Shown: positions 48,115 to 58,122 of the stretch, piece after piece
Numbering within the stretch: the stretch's first letter is position 1
Layout: each line of letters starts with the position of its first letter
DNA from: an uncultured Oscillospiraceae bacterium
Lineage (GTDB): Bacteria; Bacillota; Clostridia; Christensenellales; CAG-314
DNA: 64,000 nt
Direction: 5' to 3'
Assembly: GCA_964521735.1 (NCBI GenBank)
Contig: CAZFTO010000004.1
Location: forward strand, 8,566-72,565
The notes under the pieces: generated by a model
The model's input: only the letters and a program-made list of their open reading frames with translations
The model's database searches: none
What the model was told of the DNA's origin: nothing
Translations under genes and position numbers: made by a program

Positions 48115-48920
48115 GCGCGGATTTTGAACAACAATATATGTTCGATAACAACGACGAATCTGCGTTGGAATTGAAGCTTACCAACTTCAACGGCCCGTTG
48201 GATTTATTGTTGGAATTGGTTAAAAGCAACAAAATTGAAATAAAAGATATTTTCGTTTCGCAAGTTACCGAACAGTTTTTGCGCTACATGGATCAACTTT
48301 CCGAATTGGACGTGAACAAGGCTGGGGAATACATGGCCATGGCGGCAACACTGCTGGAAATAAAGGCGCGTGCACTTATACCTGTTTTGGAACAAGCCAA
48401 CGACGACGAAGAATCCCCAGAAAAAGTTCTTATTCGTCAATTGGAAGAATACAAGGTGTTCAAGGAAATTGTATCCGATTTAAAAGAGTGCGAAAACGTC
48501 GACCGTTTCTACCGCGAGCCGGATAAAAACGTTGGCAAATCGGTTACGGTGATAAAAGATAATTTAAGCGTCGAAGGTTTTATGGAAGCATTTTCTAAGT
48601 TTCTTATGAAAATGCAACTAAAATCGCAAGCGGACGTTTCGCGCACCATGGTGAAAGAAACATTTTCGGTTGCGCAAAAAGTAAGGCTAATAAGGGAAAT
48701 TTTGAAGGAAGAAGATAACTTCAAATTTTCGCAACTTTTTCAAGAAGGTACCGGCACTAACGAATATATCACAACTTTTTTGGCGGTATTGGAACTGTTG
48801 AAGTTGCAAATTATCCGTGTGGAACAGGCCGAACTTTTTGAAGATTTTCAAATAATCAAACGCCCCGAAAGCGAAAACGTCGAGGCAGTAGTGGAGGATA
48901 GTTATGAGTCGTTTGAGTAA
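48111..48920 (+). CDS. scpA: segregation and condensation protein A
   Basis: ATGA overlap with the preceding gene. LTNFNGPLDLLLELVKSNKIEIKDI and AATLLEIKARAL. Confidence 0.92.
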   Translation: MSADFEQQYMFDNNDESALELKLTNFNGPLDLLLELVKSNKIEIKDIFVSQVTEQFLRYMDQLSELDVNKAGEYMAMAATLLEIKARALIPVLEQANDDEESPEKVLIRQLEEYKVFKEIVSDLKECENVDRFYREPDKNVGKSVTVIKDNLSVEGFMEAFSKFLMKMQLKSQADVSRTMVKETFSVAQKVRLIREILKEEDNFKFSQLFQEGTGTNEYITTFLAVLELLKLQIIRVEQAELFEDFQIIKRPESENVEAVVEDSYESFE

Positions 48921-49545
48921 CGTTATCAAATCCATTTTGTTCCTTTCTGGAAAGCCGGTGGAACAAAAGTTTATTCAAGAAAAATTGGAAGTTTCCGCAA
49001 AGGAAATGCGGGATGCGGTAAACGAAGTGGCCGAAGAATTTTCTGGCGAAAACGGCATCAACTTGTTGCGTTTCAACGGCAAATTGCAGCTTGCTACCAA
49101 TTCGGATTATTCCAAGGAAGTGGAAAGCGTGTTGAACCCGATAAAGGAAAAGGAATTGACCAACGCCATGCTGGAAACGCTTGCCATCATTGCCTATAAG
49201 CAACCGGTAACTCGTTTGGACGTGGAAGAAGTTCGCGCGGTAGATTGCACCTATTCCTTGCAAAACCTAACTCGTTTGGGCTTAGTGGAAGCAGTTGGCC
49301 GCAAAGATACAATCGGTCACCCCGTTTTGTTTGCAACTACGGACGAATTTTTGAAGCGTTTTTCCATTGGTGACGTTTCGGAATTGCCCGACTACGAAAC
49401 GCTGTTGGAAAAACTAAAAGACATTGCCGAAAACGGCGGCAAAACAGTGGAAAAACCCATGTTCGACTCGGCGCCGGTGGAAGTTCCTCAAACGGAAGAA
49501 GTGCCGGAATTTTTGCAAGGCGAACAACTTGAAAGCGTGGAATAA
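48904..49545 (+). CDS. scpB: segregation and condensation protein B
   Basis: IKSILFLSGKPV, LETLAIIAYKQPVTRLDVEEVR and GHPVLFATTDEFL. Confidence 0.92.
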   Translation: MSRLSNVIKSILFLSGKPVEQKFIQEKLEVSAKEMRDAVNEVAEEFSGENGINLLRFNGKLQLATNSDYSKEVESVLNPIKEKELTNAMLETLAIIAYKQPVTRLDVEEVRAVDCTYSLQNLTRLGLVEAVGRKDTIGHPVLFATTDEFLKRFSIGDVSELPDYETLLEKLKDIAENGGKTVEKPMFDSAPVEVPQTEEVPEFLQGEQLESVE

Positions 49546-49565
49546 ACTCGCAACAACATCATCAG

Positions 49566-49593
49566 CCCCAAGATAACCGTCTTGGGGTTTTTT
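49566..49593 (+). terminator. intrinsic terminator after scpB
   Basis: ccccaag / cttgggg stem followed by tttttt. Confidence 0.7.
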
Positions 49594-49619
49594 GCTGCCT
49601 TTTTTGCATATAACGGGCC

Positions 49620-50144
49620 GTGTTGCGGCACAATATAAGTGCTATGACAATTGCAACCGTGGCCATGCTGGTGCTAACCTTGTGTTGGGTTCCATTGCGC
49701 ATTTCTGTGCGTTTTCTATTGGACGAAAACAAGCGTTTGTTGTTGAAAGTAAAATTGTTTTTTCTGCCCGTAATGGAAGAAAAACTGGTGCTTTCGGGCA
49801 GATATTTGCATTGCAACGGCACTGTGGATGAATGCGTGGATTTAGCATCCGGCGGCACAAATTTGGATATTTTAAGAGCAATAACGTTGCAAAAAGTAAG
49901 TGTTGTTTTTGCAACAAACTATGCTATGTCGCCGATAGTTGGCGTTGCACAAATGTCGGCAATTTTTGTTGCCAGGTTGTTGTGTGTTGCAAACACAAAT
50001 TGCAAAGTGGCAATTTTCACAACGTTTGCGCTAAAAAACACGGTGCATGGCAGCATTGTGATTTCCGTCACTTTGGCGGAAATTTTGGTTGCACTTGCAA
50101 AAAGCAAAATTAAATGGCGTTTGAATGGCGACGTGGGGAGGTAG
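49620..50144 (+). CDS. hypothetical protein, YtfI/DUF2953-like by position
   Basis: GTG start and an N-terminal hydrophobic helix. It lies immediately upstream of ytfJ, as ytfI does in B. subtilis. No strong motif was recognised. Confidence 0.4.
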   Translation: MLRHNISAMTIATVAMLVLTLCWVPLRISVRFLLDENKRLLLKVKLFFLPVMEEKLVLSGRYLHCNGTVDECVDLASGGTNLDILRAITLQKVSVVFATNYAMSPIVGVAQMSAIFVARLLCVANTNCKVAIFTTFALKNTVHGSIVISVTLAEILVALAKSKIKWRLNGDVGR

Positions 50145-50146
50145 AA

Positions 50147-50518
50147 ATGGATCAACAAATTTCGGATATAGTGGAAACGGCCGTTTCCAATTTAAGCAAG
50201 GTTGCGGAAGTAAACACGATAATAGGCAAACCCATTGTAACGATGGACGGAACAACCATAATGCCTATTTCGCAGGTTACTTTTGCGTTTATGGCAGGCG
50301 GCGGCGAATATGGCAACAAAAATTTTCCACGCAAATTCATTGGTGATGCTGCTAGTGGCAATTTTGCTGGCGGTTCGGGTGGTGGCGCAACGCTTACGCC
50401 AGTTGGATTTCTGGTTGTCGATCGTGACGGCGTGCGCGTGCTAGATGCCGATAATTCCAACACGGTGGATAAAATTTTCGACGTTGCAAAAGACTTTGTC
50501 AAAACTTTCAAAAACTAA
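50147..50518 (+). CDS. ytfJ: sporulation protein YtfJ (GerW family)
   Basis: IIGKPIVTMDGTTIMPISQVTFAFMAGGGEYG and GGGATLTPVGFLVV. Confidence 0.88.
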   Translation: MDQQISDIVETAVSNLSKVAEVNTIIGKPIVTMDGTTIMPISQVTFAFMAGGGEYGNKNFPRKFIGDAASGNFAGGSGGGATLTPVGFLVVDRDGVRVLDADNSNTVDKIFDVAKDFVKTFKN

Positions 50519-50522
50519 AAAT

Positions 50523-51545
50523 ATGAAAAACGTTTTGCTTGTTATCCTGCTTGTTGCAGTGTGCGTGTGTTGCGTGGGGTCGGTGGCAACCGCAGAGAAT
50601 GGTTTTTCCACAACGGCGCAGGCTGCATGTGTAATGGAACGGTCAACTGGCCGCGTGCTTTTCGAAAAACAGGCCGATTTGCCCTTGCCCATGGCCAGCA
50701 CCACAAAAATAGTAACGGCACTAACGGTGCTAAACGCCTGCCCACGCGCCGACGAAGTGGTTGTTGTTCCTAAACAAGCAGTGGGCGTGGAGGGATCGTC
50801 CGTCTATTTGCGTGAAGGAGAAAAACTAACGGTAGAAGAACTGCTGCTTGGGCTTATGCTGCGCAGTGGCAACGATTGCGCCGTTGCCCTTGCCTTGCAC
50901 GTTGGCGGAAGCATCCAAGCGTTTGCTAGTATGATGAACCAAACGGCAAGTAGGTGTGGTGCAACAAATAGCAATTTCGTTACGCCACACGGCTTGCACA
51001 ACGAAAAACACTACACTTCTGCGCGAGATTTGGCAAAAATAACTTGTGTTGCCTTGCAGAACCAGCTTTTCAGGGAAATTGTAGGCACCAAAAGTGCAAA
51101 AATTTCTAACGATGGTTTTGAATACCAACGATTGCTCACAAACAAAAACAAACTGCTAAACAGTTTCGAAGGTGCCGATGGTGTAAAAACAGGCTATACA
51201 AAAAAAGCCGGACGGTGTTTTGTGGGCAGCGCAACACGTAACGGAATGCAAGTGGTGGTTGTTGTGTTGAATTGTGGCCCCATGTTCGACGAAACGGCCA
51301 ATATGCTAAACGCCGCATTTTCTAACTACACTTTGCAATGCATTGTTCCCAAAAACAAGCTTTGCGGCGTCATTTACTTCAAGGGCAGGCCTACCTACTA
51401 CTATTGCGACAAAAGTTTTTGCTATCCGCTAATGGCCGGCGAAAAACTATCCACCAAAATTATTTTGGAAAACAATTGCCAGCAATTGCAAGTTTTGCAT
51501 GGCGGCGAAGTTGTGTGGCAGAGGAAACTTGTTGCTTGTCAATAA
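50523..51545 (+). CDS. D-alanyl-D-alanine carboxypeptidase (S11, second paralog, DacF-like)
   Basis: Signal peptide, STTKIV (SxxK), SGND (SxN) and KTGYT (KTG). Confidence 0.9.
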   Translation: MKNVLLVILLVAVCVCCVGSVATAENGFSTTAQAACVMERSTGRVLFEKQADLPLPMASTTKIVTALTVLNACPRADEVVVVPKQAVGVEGSSVYLREGEKLTVEELLLGLMLRSGNDCAVALALHVGGSIQAFASMMNQTASRCGATNSNFVTPHGLHNEKHYTSARDLAKITCVALQNQLFREIVGTKSAKISNDGFEYQRLLTNKNKLLNSFEGADGVKTGYTKKAGRCFVGSATRNGMQVVVVVLNCGPMFDETANMLNAAFSNYTLQCIVPKNKLCGVIYFKGRPTYYYCDKSFCYPLMAGEKLSTKIILENNCQQLQVLHGGEVVWQRKLVACQ

Positions 51546-51984
51546 AAACTGCCTTTTGTTTGACGTTTGCAATAACAGTCTAGGGCTTGCAGGCTACGCC
51601 GTACCCAATGCTGCCGACAAATCCACACTGCTCGTCAAAAGAACATCCGTTCGTCATGTCGGCGGTGCAAACGTCTAGCCTATTGCAGGCAAACAACTTG
51701 CAAACGCAAATTTGCTAAACTTTTCTGCCGAGGTCAACACGGGCAACTTGGTTTATATGTAACGATTCAAGGTTCTTCACTTTTTGCGTTTCAATTTCCG
51801 TTTTGAAATTGTTGGCATTTAATTTCGGCATTTCTTTGTTTGAAGCAAGACAACAAGTCAAAAGTGTTAGCCTTTGCGCCAAAATTTAATGGTGGATACG
51901 CAACAATATATATAGTTTGTCTGTATACACTTAGACGGCGATGCACTTTTGCTGCGCAACCCTTCAATCACTTGCTTTTTTTTG

Positions 51985-52018
51985 AAAAAAAGGTTACTAT
52001 TGTAGTAGCCTTTTTTTG
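51985..52018. terminator. bidirectional intrinsic terminator-like hairpin 24 nt upstream of the rluB ATG
   Basis: aaaaaa-aggttacta-ttg-tagtagcct-ttttttt forms a 9 bp stem with one G-U pair. Confidence 0.55.
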
Positions 52019-52041
52019 TTATAAAGGTTCTGGGGGTTACT

Positions 52042-52746
52042 ATGACAAGACTCAACAAGTATTTGGCCGATTGCGGCGTTGGAAGTCGCCGAGAATGCGA
52101 CAAATTGATTGCCGATGGAAAAGTTAAAATCAATGGCAAAGTGGCAACGCTGGGCGGAATGGTGGAAGATAACGATCAAGTTTCTGTAAACGGCAAACGT
52201 GTTGCCGCAAAAACCAAAAACTACTACGTTATGTTGCACAAACCCAAAGGTTGCGTAACCACCGTAAAGGACGAGTTGGGCCGCAAAACAGTTATGGATT
52301 TTGTGGACTTGAAGGCTCGCTTGTTCCCTGTTGGAAGGCTAGATTACGACACGGAAGGTTTGCTGCTGCTAACCAACGATGGAGATGTGGCAAACAAGCT
52401 AACTCACCCCAAAAACAGCGTGGAAAAGGTGTACGTTGCAAGAATATCCGGCAAGTTGACGGAAGCGGAACGCCGCCAGCTGGAAAAAGGCGTGGAAGTG
52501 GATGGATCTATGACGGCTCCTGCAAAGGTAAAAATTTTGCAAGGTGACGAACACCACACGCGCGTGGAAGTAACCATAACGGAAGGCCGCAACCATCAAG
52601 TAAAAAAGATGTTCGAATGTGTTGGCAAAGAAGTGGAATTTTTGAAGCGTGTTGCCGTTGGCCAAATTCACCTAGGTGGTTTGCAACGCGGAAAATGGCG
52701 TTTCCTGAACGACAAAGAACAAGCCTATTTGCAAACGCTCAAATAA
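52042..52746 (+). CDS. rluB: 23S rRNA pseudouridine synthase RluB (RsuA family, S4 domain)
   Basis: RLNKYLADCGVGSRRECDKLI and GRLDYDTEGLLLLTNDG. Confidence 0.92.
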   Translation: MTRLNKYLADCGVGSRRECDKLIADGKVKINGKVATLGGMVEDNDQVSVNGKRVAAKTKNYYVMLHKPKGCVTTVKDELGRKTVMDFVDLKARLFPVGRLDYDTEGLLLLTNDGDVANKLTHPKNSVEKVYVARISGKLTEAERRQLEKGVEVDGSMTAPAKVKILQGDEHHTRVEVTITEGRNHQVKKMFECVGKEVEFLKRVAVGQIHLGGLQRGKWRFLNDKEQAYLQTLK

Positions 52747-52766
52747 CAATAACAGAAGAGGAAACT

Positions 52767-53516
52767 ATGAAAATTTTGTTAACTAACGATGACGGAATTG
52801 AAAGTGTCGGTTTGCAGCTGTTGTGCCAAAAACTTGCACAAAAGGGGCACGAAGTTTACGTTGTTGCGCCACAAGGACAGCGCTCGGCAACTTCGCACTG
52901 TGCCAATTTCTACAAAAAAATCTACGTAAAAAAGCAGGGCGAATATCACGGCGCAACTGCGGCTTATGCTTGCACCGGATCTCCGGCCGATTGCGTAAAG
53001 TTTGCCGAAAGTGTTTTGCAAATCCCCTTCGATTTGCTTGTTTCCGGCCCTAACAACGGCGAAAACACCGGCAATGCCATTTTGTATTCCGGCACCATAG
53101 GCGCGGCGGAAGAAGGCGTTTTGTGCGGATACAAGAGCATTGCTCTTTCCCGCTTGGGACGTGACGGCAGCTACCAATCCACCGTGGAATATTTTGTGCA
53201 AAACGTGGAAGAGTTTGCGCAAGTGGACATCCCTCACACGCTAGTCAACATAAACGTTCCCGATTTGCCCACCGAGCAAATAAAGGGCGTAAAAGTTGTG
53301 CGTGAAAGCACCGGCAAGTTGTATAAGGACTACATGGAAAAGCAACCAGACGAAGAAGATTGTTGGGTTAGCACCGGTTTCCGTGTGGAACTTTCCGAGA
53401 CGGAACGAGATACCGACGTGTTGACTTCGGAAGACGGCTACGTCACCATCACGCCACTAACCGTTTTGCGCACCAATTTGCAAGCGCTGTCGCAACTTAA
53501 AAAGTTTGAAAAATAA
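52767..53516 (+). CDS. surE: 5'/3'-nucleotidase SurE
   Basis: MKILLTNDDGIESVG, SGPNNGENTG and SGTIGAAEEG. Confidence 0.93.
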   Translation: MKILLTNDDGIESVGLQLLCQKLAQKGHEVYVVAPQGQRSATSHCANFYKKIYVKKQGEYHGATAAYACTGSPADCVKFAESVLQIPFDLLVSGPNNGENTGNAILYSGTIGAAEEGVLCGYKSIALSRLGRDGSYQSTVEYFVQNVEEFAQVDIPHTLVNINVPDLPTEQIKGVKVVRESTGKLYKDYMEKQPDEEDCWVSTGFRVELSETERDTDVLTSEDGYVTITPLTVLRTNLQALSQLKKFEK

Positions 53517-53538
53517 CACTGTTAACAAAGGAACTTCA

Positions 53539-54753
53539 ATGAAAATTGCAGTGATCGGGGCAGGCCCTGCCGGAATGATGGCGGCGTTGACTGCGGCGCA
53601 AGAAGGTGCCAAAGTTACGCTTTTCGAAAAGAACGAAAAAACCGGCAAAAAACTTTATATAAGCGGAAAAGGTCGTTGCAATTTTACCAACGATTGTTCT
53701 GCCAACGAATTTTTACAAAACGTCGTTAGTAACGCCAAATTTATGCAAGGCGCCATACGGCGTTTTTCTCCGTCCGATGCAATAAACTTCTGCCAAAGCA
53801 ACGGCCTTGCCATGAAGGTGGAACGAGGAAACCGCGTGTTTCCGCAATCGGATAAGTCTAGCGACGTGATAAAAACCTTCAACAAAGTTTTGTTGCAAGC
53901 AGGAGTGGAAGTGCGGCTCAATTGCCCCGTGCTTTCCGTTACCAAGCGGGAAAATTTTGTACTGCAAACGGAAAAAGGCAACGAGCAATTCGATAAGGTT
54001 ATTGTGGCGACGGGCGGTTATTCCTATCGTGCCACCGGTTGCGACGGCTTTGGATACCGGGTGGCAAAAAGTTTTGGACACACGCTTGTTCCATTGCGTG
54101 CGGCATTGTGCCGAATATTGTGCAGCGGCACAAAGGCGCTGGAGGGATTGTCTCTTAAAAACGTGCAGGTATCCTTCGTGTTGAACGGAAAAACCGTTGC
54201 TTCCGAATTTGGAGAAATGCTTTTCACCGACGACGGTGTTTCCGGCCCGTGCGCGTTAACCCTTTCTTCGCTTATAAATTCTGTCAGCACAAAGGGCGGA
54301 AAAATCAAAATAGATTTGAAGCCGGCATTGGACGAACACACACTGGATGCTAGGATTCTTCGTGATTTTCAACAAAATTCCAACAAAAATTTTGGCAATG
54401 CGCTAGGTGGATTGTTGCCCGAACGTCTTATAGAAGAAGTCGTTCGCCAAAGCGGAGTTCCGTTTGGCAAAAAAGTGCATCAAGTAACGGCGGAAGAGCG
54501 CGCAAGGCTTGTTGCTGCATTGAAAGGGCTAAGTTTCGATTGCAACGGTTTGGATGACGTGAATTTTGGCATTGTCACAGCGGGCGGCGTTTGTGTTAAG
54601 GAAGTTTCTCCTTCCACAATGCAAAGCAAGTTGACGGAAGGCTTGTATTTTTGCGGCGAAGTGTTGGATATTGATGCTTTCACTGGTGGTTTCAACATTC
54701 AAATTGCATTATCTACCGGTTTCGTTGCCGGGCTTTCTGCATGCAAAAGCTAA
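53539..54753 (+). CDS. NAD(P)/FAD-dependent oxidoreductase, HI0933/YhiN (BaiN-like) family
   Basis: MKIAVIGAGPAGMMAA, SGKGRCNFTN, and GEVLDIDAFTGGFNIQ at the C-terminus. Confidence 0.85.
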   Translation: MKIAVIGAGPAGMMAALTAAQEGAKVTLFEKNEKTGKKLYISGKGRCNFTNDCSANEFLQNVVSNAKFMQGAIRRFSPSDAINFCQSNGLAMKVERGNRVFPQSDKSSDVIKTFNKVLLQAGVEVRLNCPVLSVTKRENFVLQTEKGNEQFDKVIVATGGYSYRATGCDGFGYRVAKSFGHTLVPLRAALCRILCSGTKALEGLSLKNVQVSFVLNGKTVASEFGEMLFTDDGVSGPCALTLSSLINSVSTKGGKIKIDLKPALDEHTLDARILRDFQQNSNKNFGNALGGLLPERLIEEVVRQSGVPFGKKVHQVTAEERARLVAALKGLSFDCNGLDDVNFGIVTAGGVCVKEVSPSTMQSKLTEGLYFCGEVLDIDAFTGGFNIQIALSTGFVAGLSACKS

Positions 54754-54875
54754 AATTTTGTTCGGCTAAAAGCAGTTTTAGGCGTCGATTCGTTGACTTT
54801 TTTATATCGTGTTGCTAAAATAACAAAGATGTTTTCACTGGTTTGGCGCAATTTGCGCTACCAAAGAGGTGTTAA

Positions 54876-55607
54876 TTGAATAAATTTGTAACATTTCTAG
54901 TCAGCATAGCAAAAGTTTTGGTGCGTCCGTTTTTTCCCGTTAAGTACTACGGCGAGCGCAAACTGCCAATGAAAAAGACTTTGCTTGTTGGCAATCATAT
55001 TTCCGGCTGGGATCCGCTTGTTTTCAGCATGTGGTGCAAAACTTGGGTTTCATTCGTATATAAGGCCGAATTCCGCAAGTCTGCATTTTTGCGCTGGGTG
55101 TTCGACGGCCTTAATTTTGTTCCCGTCAAGCGTGGCGAAGTGGATTTGTTTGCGACAAAATCCATAATGCGTTTGCTCCACGAAGACAGGATTGTTGGCA
55201 TTTTCCCCGAAGGAACACGCAACCCCGACGTGGATTGTCTGCAAAATTTTCACACTGGCGCGGCATTGTTTGCAATAAAAACAAAGTCGCCCATTCGTGC
55301 ATTCTACACCTGGGAAAAAGCAAAAGCTTTTCGCAAAAACTACATAATTGTGGGCGACGAATTCACTTTGGAAGAATTCTACGACAAACCCGTCACCAAG
55401 GAAACGTTGGTGCAAGCCACGGCTGTTATCAAACAACACGTGGACGATTTGCGTGTGCAACTCAACGGAATTTTGCAGGAAAAAGGCATTAAGCGTCGTC
55501 CTCGCACAAGAAAAGAAACGGAAAAAATCAAACGCTACAACGAAAAACAAAAGACTTTGGCTAAAGAACTTGCCAAACAACAATCGTCCAAGGAGGATTG
55601 CGAGTGA
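54876..55607 (+). CDS. plsC: 1-acyl-sn-glycerol-3-phosphate acyltransferase
   Basis: TTG start after AGAGG. GNHISGWDP (HxxxxD) and IFPEGTR. Confidence 0.88.
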   Translation: MNKFVTFLVSIAKVLVRPFFPVKYYGERKLPMKKTLLVGNHISGWDPLVFSMWCKTWVSFVYKAEFRKSAFLRWVFDGLNFVPVKRGEVDLFATKSIMRLLHEDRIVGIFPEGTRNPDVDCLQNFHTGAALFAIKTKSPIRAFYTWEKAKAFRKNYIIVGDEFTLEEFYDKPVTKETLVQATAVIKQHVDDLRVQLNGILQEKGIKRRPRTRKETEKIKRYNEKQKTLAKELAKQQSSKEDCE

Positions 55608-57646
55608 TAAAGGTTTGGTTGCCAAAAGAATACGGCTTTTGTTCCGGCGTGTCTTCTGCAATCGAAAAAGCCTTGTCTCTAAATCGCAAGGCTTTTTGTC
55701 TTGGAAGATTGGTGCATAACGGCACTGTGGTGGAACAGCTAAATAAGCAAGGTGTTGTCACTGTTTCCAGCGTGGAAGAAGTTCCCGATGGGGAAACGCT
55801 AATCATCCGCGCGCACGGTGCTCCACCGGAAGTGTTTAGTCGCGCTGCCGAAAAGGGGCTGACGGTGGTGGACGCAACCTGTCCGTACGTCAAGGCCATT
55901 CAGCAAAAGGCAAAAAAATATCACGATAACGGCTACCTGATTGTTTTGGTTGGAGAAAAGGATCATCCGGAAATTATGGGCATAAACGGTTGGTGCAACA
56001 ATCAAGCAATAGTGTTCGACGGCAAAAGTGAAATAAGCTTGCCTAAGTGCGAAAAAGCGTTGGTGATGTTCCAAACAACTTTCGACACAAGTTGTTTCGA
56101 AAAAAGTCTGCAAAATATTCGTTCGAATTGCGTCAAAACGCTTGAAATATTCAACACAATTTGTTATACTACTATACAAAGGCAGTACTATGCCCAAATG
56201 CTATCCAAACGGTGCGATCTTGCAATCGTGGTTGGGGATAAAGGAAGTTCCAACACGCGCCGGTTGCTGGAAATCACTTCGCAAAACTGCAAGTCGGTTT
56301 TGTGCGATGGTAGCGACGTGCAGAGTATTGACTTTAATAATTACGGAAACGTATGCTTGGTTTCCGGTGCGTCAACTCCGACCGAGTTGATCAAGGGGGT
56401 TTTGGAAAGAATGGTTGAAATTGCAAAAGACGCCGTTGCAGTAGAAACGGCAGTATCCGAGGAAATCGTTAAGGCTAACGAAGTTGTGGCAACGGAAGTT
56501 GTTTCTGAGGATTCACACACGACAGAAGAAAAGGTTATGGACAAAGACGAGGCTATGCTTGCAGCAGCTGTTTCCAGCATGCGCGAAGGTCGCTACAAAG
56601 TTGGCCACGAAGTTAAATGCCACGTTGTGCAAGTAAGCGCAGACGGCGTTTACGTTCGTATTCCCGGATGGAAGACGGAAGCGTTCATTCCCAACGAAGA
56701 ATTGGTTTTGGAAGGCGACTATGCCGAATTCAAGGCCGGTTTGAAAGAAGGCGCAAACCTTGTTTGCTCCATCATTTCTACGGAAAGCGGAATCACACTT
56801 TCCAGAAAAGCTATTGAAGAAAAGTATAAGGACGACAAACTTGTTGACGGCATCAAGGAAGGTCAAGAATTTTCCGTCGTCATGACCAGAGTTGGCAAAA
56901 GCTGCCTAACCGGTCGTTTGGGAAGCTACACGGTAGTTGTTCATGCTTCTCAAATCAAAATTGGTTTTGTTAAGAACCTTGAACAATATGTTGGCAAAAC
57001 TTTGCGCCTTGTTTCCTCGGCAGACAAAGTTGACGACAAGAAACACGTTATCTATGCAAGCCAAAAAACCATTTTGCTTGCAGAAAAGAAAGCAAAAGAA
57101 GACGAATTCTGGAACAACATTGAAGAAGCAGAAATCGTTGAAGGCAAAGTTCTTCGCTTTGCAAGCTTCGGTGCTTTCGTAGACGTTCGTGGTTTCGATT
57201 GCTTGGCACACACGACAGATCTTTCTTGGGATCGCGTAAATGCTCCTGCAGACGTTTTGGAAATCGGTCAAACCTACGAATTCGTAGTGTTGGCATTGGA
57301 TAGAGAACACAACAGAGTATCCTTGGGCTACAAACAACTTCAACCCAAACCTTGGGAAGTTGCCGAAGAAAAGTTTCCCGTAGGCACTGTTGTTAAGGGC
57401 AAAGTTGCAAGACTTATGCCTTACGGCGCGTTTATCGAATTGGATAAGCACATCGACGGTTTGCTTCACGTTTCCAACTATTCTTGGGATTGGATCGACG
57501 ATATCACCAAGGTTTTGAAAGTTGGTGACGAAGTGGAAGTTGAAGTGTTGGAATTCGACGCTGAACACAAACGCATCACTCTTTCCAGAAAAGCTTTGCT
57601 CGAAAAACCCGAAGAAGTTGTAACCAGACCGAGCAACAACGACTAA
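55604..57646 (+). CDS. ispH: fusion protein: 4-hydroxy-3-methylbut-2-enyl diphosphate reductase (IspH/LytB) plus ribosomal protein S1-like repeats
   Basis: The N-terminal half is IspH (YGFCSGV, IIRAHGAPPEV, DATCPYV, GEKDHPE, SSNTRRL). The C-terminal half has four S1/OB repeats (for example GKVLRFASFGAFVDV and GKVARLMPYGAFIEL). GTG at 55604 sits 7 nt after AGGAGG; TTG at 55598 is also in frame. Confidence 0.9.
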   Translation: MIKVWLPKEYGFCSGVSSAIEKALSLNRKAFCLGRLVHNGTVVEQLNKQGVVTVSSVEEVPDGETLIIRAHGAPPEVFSRAAEKGLTVVDATCPYVKAIQQKAKKYHDNGYLIVLVGEKDHPEIMGINGWCNNQAIVFDGKSEISLPKCEKALVMFQTTFDTSCFEKSLQNIRSNCVKTLEIFNTICYTTIQRQYYAQMLSKRCDLAIVVGDKGSSNTRRLLEITSQNCKSVLCDGSDVQSIDFNNYGNVCLVSGASTPTELIKGVLERMVEIAKDAVAVETAVSEEIVKANEVVATEVVSEDSHTTEEKVMDKDEAMLAAAVSSMREGRYKVGHEVKCHVVQVSADGVYVRIPGWKTEAFIPNEELVLEGDYAEFKAGLKEGANLVCSIISTESGITLSRKAIEEKYKDDKLVDGIKEGQEFSVVMTRVGKSCLTGRLGSYTVVVHASQIKIGFVKNLEQYVGKTLRLVSSADKVDDKKHVIYASQKTILLAEKKAKEDEFWNNIEEAEIVEGKVLRFASFGAFVDVRGFDCLAHTTDLSWDRVNAPADVLEIGQTYEFVVLALDREHNRVSLGYKQLQPKPWEVAEEKFPVGTVVKGKVARLMPYGAFIELDKHIDGLLHVSNYSWDWIDDITKVLKVGDEVEVEVLEFDAEHKRITLSRKALLEKPEEVVTRPSNND

Positions 57647-57735
57647 TAAATTGATAACTACCGTTTTCTAGGAACGCAGAGAACACTCCGACCCGTCTCT
57701 TGGATTGCGGCAAATAAAAGAAGGAGAAAACTATT

Positions 57736-57996
57736 ATGGAACTCACAAAACAAGAAATCATTGCTAAATTCGGCAGAAAAGAAGGCGACACGGGTTCTCC
57801 CGAAGTTCAAATTGCTTTGCTTACGCAACGCATCAATCACCTTACCGAACACTTGAGAACACACCAAAAGGATCACCACTCCAGACGCGGTCTGTTGCAA
57901 ATGGTTGGTCACAGAAAAGGCCTGTTGGATTATCTCAAGCAAACCGATATCGAAAAATATCGTCAAATCATTGCTGAATTGGGATTGAGAAAATAA
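57736..57996 (+). CDS. rpsO: 30S ribosomal protein S15
   Basis: [24 protein letters not shown] and [10 protein letters not shown]. Confidence 0.97.
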   Translation: MELTKQEIIAKFGRKEGDTGSPEVQIALLTQRINHLTEHLRTHQKDHHSRRGLLQMVGHRKGLLDYLKQTDIEKYRQIIAELGLRK

Positions 57997-58122
57997 CAAA
58001 AAAATGGGGTGGGGCGGATGTTTCATCGCGCCCTGTCCTTTTTTTTGCAAATTGGCTAGACTATTGCCGAAAGGTGACATGAGTTGCCTTTCGAATGGAA
58101 AAAATACAAGGAGAAACTTTAA

